A stretch of 13,552 nt of DNA from Candidatus Hermodarchaeum yapensis (GTDB taxonomy: Archaea; Asgardarchaeota; Hermodarchaeia; Hermodarchaeales; Hermodarchaeaceae). The notes below the pieces were generated by a model. It saw only the letters and a program-made list of their open reading frames with translations. It ran no database searches and had not been told where the DNA came from. The position numbers and the translations under genes were made by a program. Positions within the stretch are counted from its first letter, which is position 1, and each line of letters opens with the position of its first letter. Shown in pieces: positions 8,294 to 13,552 of this stretch. The stretch lies in the NCBI GenBank assembly GCA_016840405.1, contig JAEOSK010000049.1, positions 1 through 13,552 of the forward strand, given 5' to 3'.

Positions 8294-8322
8294 CCATATC
8301 TTTTGAAGTAACACAGATATGG
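8294..8322. repeat. Perfect 8-bp inverted repeat with a 13-nt spacer
   Basis: CCATATCT (8294-8301) pairs with AGATATGG (8315-8322). Confidence 0.7.
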
Positions 8323-8327
8323 TTTTC

Positions 8328-9338
8328 CTATTTGTTAATGATACCTGAGGAGTAGGCGGGTATGTAATCAACACGTTGTCGTATGGTCTTGATTAGAATC
8401 TCTTTAATCTTATCTTGGTCTAATGGTAATACCTGGAAAAAGTCATCTTGGATGCGCCCAATCTCTCTCCGTAACACTTCGGATACAACAATTATTAGAT
8501 CATGATTGTTGGCGTATTCTCCGGCAAATATCTTTAATTGTTCTTTTTCGCCGGCGAAAAAGTGTAACCCGAGTTGAAGTTCAGGTAAGAAGAAGTCGTG
8601 TTTTGCTGTTTCCCGATATTGGAGACCTAATTCAATGAGGAGTCCTTTAACTACATGAACAAAGTAGGTTCCTAGGGCTTTTGCCCTATCAAAGAAATAT
8701 AGAGTATCCTTGCCACATACTTCTCGTTGAATGCCAATACGTTTGGCGATGTCCTTTACATTTTCTGTTGGCAAATTTAAGTACCTAGCAAAATATCGTT
8801 CAGTCCAATATGTTCTGATTGCATTACGAAGATGTACGTATAGGTCTTCTCGATTTCTACTCATGAATCCGCTCGAGTTCTTTGTAGATGGAGATGGCGT
8901 GGGTTTTGATGTTTGGATAGATGGAAGCGGTCTACCCTTAATTCTGAGATTGGACCAATTTTCAAGTGAATCTAGAAGACGGGCAATATTTTCTTTCGAT
9001 AATTCAAGTACTGATATTGCCTGCTCAGTATTAGGGATAATTAGACCTTCTTGTTTTAGTTCCGATACGACGCGAGCTAATTGGATTTTTAATTCTTTAA
9101 GGTCACTTGTAAAGAATGTCATACGGACTTTGAGAGGCGTTCTAATCTCAAGGATCCAACGAAGTTGTGATGTGTCTAATCGATAATGGGGAAGTAAGAT
9201 TAGTTCAAGCGCCTCGATGATATATACTTCAGCAATATGACACCCCAAAGCAGCTTCTGAGACTACAAAGTTGATATCACGTTTTTTGAGGCCCTTAATT
9301 AATTCTGATAAATGATCATGAGTTGATAAGTGAGGCAT
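8328..9338 (-). CDS. Hypothetical protein with a possible central HTH and a C-terminal degenerate nuclease-like fold
   Basis: A 336-aa ORF with an ATG start that fits the gene layout. It has a Pro/Ser/Thr linker, the HTH-like WTERYFARYLNLPTENVKDIAKRIGI, and LLIELGLQY...DFFLPELQLGLHF. Confidence 0.7.
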   Translation of the reverse strand: MPHLSTHDHLSELIKGLKKRDINFVVSEAALGCHIAEVYIIEALELILLPHYRLDTSQLRWILEIRTPLKVRMTFFTSDLKELKIQLARVVSELKQEGLIIPNTEQAISVLELSKENIARLLDSLENWSNLRIKGRPLPSIQTSKPTPSPSTKNSSGFMSRNREDLYVHLRNAIRTYWTERYFARYLNLPTENVKDIAKRIGIQREVCGKDTLYFFDRAKALGTYFVHVVKGLLIELGLQYRETAKHDFFLPELQLGLHFFAGEKEQLKIFAGEYANNHDLIIVVSEVLRREIGRIQDDFFQVLPLDQDKIKEILIKTIRQRVDYIPAYSSGIINK

Positions 9339-9473
9339 TAATTATCAAAAAATTGACTGCCAAATAGTACAAAAGGTTGTTAATTTCATTACGTTGACCG
9401 AGTTTCATCTAGTCATAACGGGTAATTCTCGCAGAGTTGGACTACTAACTTGTAGAAACGGCTCAAAACGTGA

Positions 9474-10340
9474 TTATTCAGGATCTGTAAAAATGAAACA
9501 ATGCTCTTCATAGCGCCGCCCGTTAATGATTGCTCCTGTTTCTTTCTCGATTATCAATTTCTTTTCAAGATACTCTTTCAATTTTTGATTTGCCTTGCTT
9601 AGATTAGACTGTTTAAGCCAAGGAAGAGGAACATTAACGAACAGCGGTCGAGCAGGTACAACATGTCGAGTAGTTTTATGCGTGAAAACTTCCTTCTTTA
9701 GTGCCCATTCAATGACTTCCTCTTTTGTTAATGATGGAACAATTAGTACAGGTCGAAGCGCTGAGTGAATACTTTCTATAGCATCCGATTCTGTACTATA
9801 GAGGAGATTATAGCCCATCTCTTGAGCGAGGATTTCAATATTAGAAATTTCATCATAGACCGTTTTAATTGAAGGGTTATTGGGGAAGTTGATAAGATGA
9901 GCACTTTTCCCATTTGCAAGTGCGACATCCGCCTTCCGATGTTTAACGCTTTCAAAAGCCTTGGCTATTGAAGTTGGGATAAGGTTGAATGGGCCCCTTT
10001 TTGAAAGGTTTTTTTCAAACTCACTAACTTCGAGGTTACCAGAAAATTCACGGTGCCATGCTAGAAGTTCAATCGCCGGATTTTGGTAATCAACTAGGCA
10101 CACCGCAGCCATTTGGCATCCAAGAGCTTTTAAAGCAGCAACACGGTGCATTCCATCTAATACGACAAGAGTTGAAGAATCAACGATCAATGGATGCTTA
10201 AGCACTTGTGCCGCGATAAGGTCGCGTTTCAGTTTTTCGAGTTCTTTGGGTATTGTTTCTTCATGTATGAAAAGTGATTCAATCGAAACGAGTGTAATTT
10301 CCATTGATAGTTGTGGAGTTTCGATTATTACCCCCATCAA
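9474..10340 (-). CDS. ParB/Srx-fold kinase, SerK-like (ADP-dependent L-serine kinase family)
   Basis: HEE, PLIVD...VLDGMHR, VDY...W and TKEEV...EVF..KTTRHVVP match the SerK/SbnI-type ParB/Srx pattern. The start is TTG 10340 or ATG 10337, with SD GGAG upstream. Confidence 0.8.
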   Translation of the reverse strand: MMGVIIETPQLSMEITLVSIESLFIHEETIPKELEKLKRDLIAAQVLKHPLIVDSSTLVVLDGMHRVAALKALGCQMAAVCLVDYQNPAIELLAWHREFSGNLEVSEFEKNLSKRGPFNLIPTSIAKAFESVKHRKADVALANGKSAHLINFPNNPSIKTVYDEISNIEILAQEMGYNLLYSTESDAIESIHSALRPVLIVPSLTKEEVIEWALKKEVFTHKTTRHVVPARPLFVNVPLPWLKQSNLSKANQKLKEYLEKKLIIEKETGAIINGRRYEEHCFIFTDPE

Positions 10341-10408
10341 GGCGTGCTCCAGTTATCTTTTTGATTCTTCACATTACTTAGAATCTAAGTATATTAGCCC
10401 AGAATCAA

Positions 10409-10618
10409 TTATGCTACAATAACATCTTCATCTTGACGAAGAATCATTAGACGCGTAATATAGCCTGCAATTCGGTTTCGTAGACGTTTGGTTGTATTGG
10501 TTAAGAGCTCATCCACAACCTCTTTGTTTTGATCGAAGTCTGTGGAAAAACTGTCATGATATCTTTCAACAAGTTCTCTTGAAAGGCGTTTGATTAACAC
10601 CGTTCTTACTTTACCCAA
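10409..10618 (-). CDS. rps17e: 30S ribosomal protein S17e (eS17)
   Basis: GKVRTVLIKR...FSTDFDQNK...KRLRNRIAGYIT. TTG start with GGAG upstream. Confidence 0.97.
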   Translation of the reverse strand: MGKVRTVLIKRLSRELVERYHDSFSTDFDQNKEVVDELLTNTTKRLRNRIAGYITRLMILRQDEDVIVA

Positions 10619-10727
10619 AGTCGTATTCTCCAGAATATTGTCTTTTCAGTGCTATGTCGATACTTTTTGTTAGCTATTAGGTTTTTGTAGGTTTGAAACT
10701 GGTTATTGTTGATTGAAGCACAGTTTT

Positions 10728-10742
10728 CGAAAGTTTAAAAAA
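10728..10742 (+). promoter_or_regulatory. BRE-TATA promoter of tRNA-Glu
   Basis: CGAAAG-TTTAAAAAA ends about 25 nt upstream of the tRNA 5' end. Confidence 0.7.
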
Positions 10743-10766
10743 TGTTATGAAATCACATTCTCTGAA

Positions 10767-10873
10767 GCCGCGTTAGTGTAGCCAGGTCAATCATCTGAGG
10801 CTCTCGACCTTAGGACCGGGGTTCGAACCTGGTAGGGTATTTCCTGTCAGAGAAAATCCCCGACGCGGCACCA
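10767..10873 (+). tRNA. tRNA-Glu(CTC) with a T-loop intron at 59/60 and encoded CCA
   Basis: Acceptor stem GCCGCGT/ACGCGGC, D arm GTGT-AGCCAGGTCAA-TCAT, anticodon arm TGAGG-CT-CTC-GA-CCTTA, T stem CGGGG/CCCCG, and 3' end ACCA. Confidence 0.95.
10828..10856 (+). other. Non-canonical 59/60 intron of tRNA-Glu (29 nt)
   Basis: BHB with the T stem as outer helix, central TTCG/AGAA (one G-A mismatch), bulges AA^C and AA^T, and inner stem CTGGTAGG/CCTGTCAG. Confidence 0.88.
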
Positions 10874-10888
10874 TTAATTTTTCTTTGT

Positions 10889-12499
10889 TTATTTCAAATC
10901 AAGTGATGTTGTTAATTTTGTGATTGTATTTTTCAGTGATTTGAGAGAAAAATCTGTGTGAAAAATGGTGAGTTCTTTCTCAAGTTTTTTGAACACACGT
11001 TTACAACGTTGAGAAAAGTTAAACCAATTTTCTGTCGAATCAAAGATTGCATAAAATTTGTGATATTGTCGATTTCGAGTCACGTATTGGCTAATTTGTT
11101 CAATAAGCGGGTTTTGATCTTTGACTAGGTTCATTTTAGGAGGTTCATTTTGGGCAAGTGGGTAGAAATCGGTTAGCTCTAATGGAACGAGCCCGAAGTA
11201 TTGAGAAAGGAAGAGGCTGTCAAAAAGGCTTAGGTTCCGGGAGGAAACCAGTTCAAATTGGATTTTGAAGCGTTGAAACGTTTTTGCGGAATGATACGGT
11301 CGGGTTTTGGGCGCAGAAATGAATAGAAGAGTTTTCCGCTTTGGTTTAGGGGGAGTATAGTTAGTCATGCGAGTTTTGTGTCGGATTATTTCTGGTTGAG
11401 AGAGTGACCATTGACTTGTGATGAAGATGGCTTTTTTCTTGGTAACGGGAGAAAACTTTTCGAATAGTTTATGATATGATGTGAATTTCTTCATGGCGTC
11501 GACTAATGTAGGATGACTGCTTAGTCTACTTTCTACAAGGCGCCAAAGCCGCCCCTCGCGAATGGCTGCTTTGATTCTAATAATCTCTTGTTGGCAGATT
11601 CGGAGATTATGCTCGGCTAAAACTTGAATTCGGTCTTTTTTCTCTAGTTGTTTGATTTCAGAAACAGTGAATTGACTACATGTTGGGCAAAAGCAAAAAT
11701 CATCTTTGATTTCTTCAAGCTTGAAAGTACCCTCAGAAGAAAGAATACGATCATGTTTAGCGAATAGGGCATAAGCTGCTGAATCAAACATATCACAGCC
11801 CATAGCTACGATTAGAGGGAAAATCAGTGGATGTCCCGCGCCGAATAGATGCACTGGTTTATTTGTAGGAATATTACTCTTGGCAGTCAGGACCAAGTCA
11901 ACGAGTTTATCAAATTGATACTGTTCCATTAGTTGAGTGGGACTACCAATAGCAAAAATGGAAAAATCAAGTTTATTGATTTCTTTGGCGCATTTCTCAA
12001 CCAAGTCAGTGAATGTTCCGCCTTGGATGGGACCAACCCAAAGTATGTTGGGTTTTGTTCTGTGATTAATTGAATCTCTCGCACGGCGTATGGTTTCTTC
12101 AACCGTTTCCTGTGCTTCGTTATAGGCGGCGTTTCCCCCTGTAGGAACATCTAAAATTACAGCTATATCGGATTCGATTTTTTCTTGGAACTGGATAATT
12201 TGAAGTGGTGTTGTTTTTACATCACCATAAACAAGAAGTTGATAGGCCCCTGAGTCTGTCATGATTGTGCCAGGGTAGTCTAGGATTTCGTGGATTGATC
12301 CTTCTTGTTCGGTTTTTGAAAGTAAATAGGCATTTGTAATTATCGTTTCACAGTTGAAATCATCAAACATTCTTCGTGGTGGAATGAGAACCCGGGTTGG
12401 GTGTACTACCGGAATAAAGGTTGGTGTTTCAACTATCCCGGTCTTGGTTCGAAATCGTGAGATTCGAGCGAGTAAATCCTTATGGATAATTTCAATCAT
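10889..12499 (-). CDS. tgtA: Archaeosine tRNA-guanine(15) transglycosylase
   Basis: Motifs ETPTFIPV, MTDSGAYQ, GPIQGG, HLFGAGHP and FDSAAY, with the Zn site CFCPTC...EHN. Confidence 0.95.
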   Translation of the reverse strand: MIEIIHKDLLARISRFRTKTGIVETPTFIPVVHPTRVLIPPRRMFDDFNCETIITNAYLLSKTEQEGSIHEILDYPGTIMTDSGAYQLLVYGDVKTTPLQIIQFQEKIESDIAVILDVPTGGNAAYNEAQETVEETIRRARDSINHRTKPNILWVGPIQGGTFTDLVEKCAKEINKLDFSIFAIGSPTQLMEQYQFDKLVDLVLTAKSNIPTNKPVHLFGAGHPLIFPLIVAMGCDMFDSAAYALFAKHDRILSSEGTFKLEEIKDDFCFCPTCSQFTVSEIKQLEKKDRIQVLAEHNLRICQQEIIRIKAAIREGRLWRLVESRLSSHPTLVDAMKKFTSYHKLFEKFSPVTKKKAIFITSQWSLSQPEIIRHKTRMTNYTPPKPKRKTLLFISAPKTRPYHSAKTFQRFKIQFELVSSRNLSLFDSLFLSQYFGLVPLELTDFYPLAQNEPPKMNLVKDQNPLIEQISQYVTRNRQYHKFYAIFDSTENWFNFSQRCKRVFKKLEKELTIFHTDFSLKSLKNTITKLTTSLDLK

Positions 12500-12513
12500 A
12501 GTTAACGCGAGTT

Positions 12514-12963
12514 TTATGTGGAATCTTCTTCAACTTTTGCCTGCTGCTCTTCTACAAATCGCGTATACACCTTTCTAACTCGATCGGCGAGCGGTCCGGT
12601 TCCTTCTACTCCTTGCTCGGTAACCCTAACTTTATTGAGGACAACAATTACACGTGCATCTTCAAGAAATCTAACCTCACCAGGCGGAAAGAGCGTCTCA
12701 AATTGTTCAGCTAAACCTTTCAAATCAAAAGGATCCTCTGTTTTCACTAGTTCGAGAATTGTGTGACCGGTAATAACAACCCGATGATATAAGGTTCCTT
12801 TTGAATCACGGGCATCAGCTAACACAACACTTAATGTAGCTGGGTCATACCCTCGCATCTTTCCTGTAAGGGTTTTCCCCGTATTTGTACTTACAACAAC
12901 TGTTGCTCCTATCAACGATGCAAGCTCTTTGAAAAAATGTCGAGCCCCTGTACTTTGTGCCAT
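12514..12963 (-). CDS. Sm/Lsm family RNA-binding protein with a C-terminal extension (SmAP3 type)
   Basis: Sm1/Sm2 motifs (GKTLTGKMRGYD...VVLADA...VVITGHTI) plus a ~70-aa C-terminal domain (KVRVTEQGVEGTGPLADRV). SD GGAG lies upstream. Confidence 0.9.
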   Translation of the reverse strand: MAQSTGARHFFKELASLIGATVVVSTNTGKTLTGKMRGYDPATLSVVLADARDSKGTLYHRVVITGHTILELVKTEDPFDLKGLAEQFETLFPPGEVRFLEDARVIVVLNKVRVTEQGVEGTGPLADRVRKVYTRFVEEQQAKVEEDST

Positions 12964-13011
12964 ATTCAGTTCTCCAAGAATTCTGTTTTGTTTAATGATT
13001 ATCTATCCGTT

Positions 13012-13019
13012 TTTATATA
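13012..13019 (-). promoter_or_regulatory. Putative TATA box for the SmAP3-tgtA operon
   Basis: The minus strand reads TATATAAA about 49 nt upstream of ATG 12963. Confidence 0.55.
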
Positions 13020-13117
13020 GTGTGGAAATGTTGGTCAGATTTAATATTTGCTAATAGAACTAATACAAAAAGATAACAGAGCGGTTAAATAGAATCGAAG
13101 AACCCCTTTTTTATCAC

Positions 13118-13163
13118 TAAACACCCTTATCAGCTGCTCTCCCTCTCCTTAAATCCCCTTATC
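13118..13163. repeat. Imperfect 14-bp direct repeat with a 32-bp period
   Basis: TAAACACCCTTATC (13118-13131) and TAAATCCCCTTATC (13150-13163) are 12/14 identical. Confidence 0.6.
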
Positions 13164-13475
13164 TTCATTTTATAGTAATTGCTGGCAGCACATAGCAAGA
13201 AGTCGTAACAGCCCACCCGTCATGTGGTTTCCCCTAAGAATCTTTGAACCCATTTGATTTTTCGACGCTGATATGCTTTCTCTTATTGTTGAAAACTGAC
13301 CAATTGAAATTCTCCGAAATCAAGCCGAAAGACTGGTTTTACAGAGCTGTATCGAATACTTTCAGCTTCGTGTCTCTGTGAACTCTCAACCCGTTAGAAA
13401 GGACATCCACACCCTTTGACGCTTACCAAGTCTACATTTGACCGGATTCTATTATGCCAAAAGTCTGGTTAAGAA

Positions 13476-13552
13476 TTGTTGCACTTTGGGACAGTAGAGT
13501 CGCCCGAAGTGAAACAAACAATGGAGGATTTACATTGTAGTGAATGCAAAGG
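13476..13552 (+). CDS. Probable N-terminus of a CxxC (zinc-ribbon-like) protein running off the window
   Basis: The frame stays open to the edge, reading (L)LHFGTVESPEVKQTMEDLHCSECK. Possible starts are TTG 13476, GTG 13509 and ATG 13521. Only about 25 codons are visible. Confidence 0.4.
   Translation, partial: MLHFGTVESPEVKQTMEDLHCSECK

Noticed and set aside
9392-9421. Imperfect hairpin containing ATGA…AAA on the minus strand (SECIS-like) downstream of the SerK-like gene
   Set aside because: Pairing is weak, there is no tandem G-A core geometry, and the upstream gene has no in-frame TGA.
9474-10340. Chromosome-partitioning ParB
   Set aside because: There is no HTH or parA partner, and the C-terminal KTTRH motif points to the SerK-type kinase branch.
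5960-10873. Possible integrated element between or at the two tRNAs
   Set aside because: There is no integrase, no duplicated tRNA 3' end (att site), and the intervening genes are mostly housekeeping.
180-12766. Short ORF-track entries (180-368, 205-576, 1185-1382, 1411-1749, 1637-1834, 2733-2960, 4061-4393, 6718-6906, 7552-7782, 7910-8119, 8423-8638, 8731-9186, 11929-12150, 12354-12578, 12518-12766)
   Set aside because: They are antisense or alternate-frame shadows of well-supported genes and have no recognisable motifs.
13198-13210. AGAAGTCGTAACA, identical to the conserved 16S rRNA 3' (1492) region
   Set aside because: The match is only 13 nt, the flanks are not rRNA-like, and no C/D boxes flank the antisense copy. 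A match this short is compatible with chance.
13432-13551. Minus-strand open frame entering from the right edge (…TFGIIESGQM*)
   Set aside because: It has no motif and conflicts with the + strand CxxC frame, which looks more protein-like. It cannot be fully excluded without flanking sequence.

Overview
Archaeal core-genome window, probably Asgard or a related TACK lineage such as Bathyarchaeia. This placement is inferred from the ribophorin-I-like gene, SmAP3, rps17e, TgtA and BHB-type tRNA introns. The left part is an N-glycosylation-linked cluster: a 5'-truncated AglH/GPT-like GlcNAc-1-P transferase with extra C-terminal TM helices, a TrmB-family regulator, WbpB-like and WbpD-like sugar enzymes, and a full-length ribophorin I (OST1/RPN1)-like membrane protein. 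Two tRNA genes absent from the ORF track lie on the + strand. tRNA-Gln(TTG) carries two insertions, a canonical 37/38 intron and an unusual D-loop insertion at about 15/16. tRNA-Glu(CTC) carries a T-loop intron at 59/60. The minus strand encodes uridine phosphorylase, a membrane-anchored tandem winged-helix protein, a PAC2 proteasome chaperone, an HTH plus degenerate nuclease-fold hypothetical protein, a SerK-like kinase, rps17e, archaeosine TGT and SmAP3. The window ends in a ~510 bp intergenic region with a 32-bp-period direct repeat and the probable start of a CxxC protein. No mobile elements or CRISPR arrays were seen. All family calls come from motif recognition by eye, without database searches.
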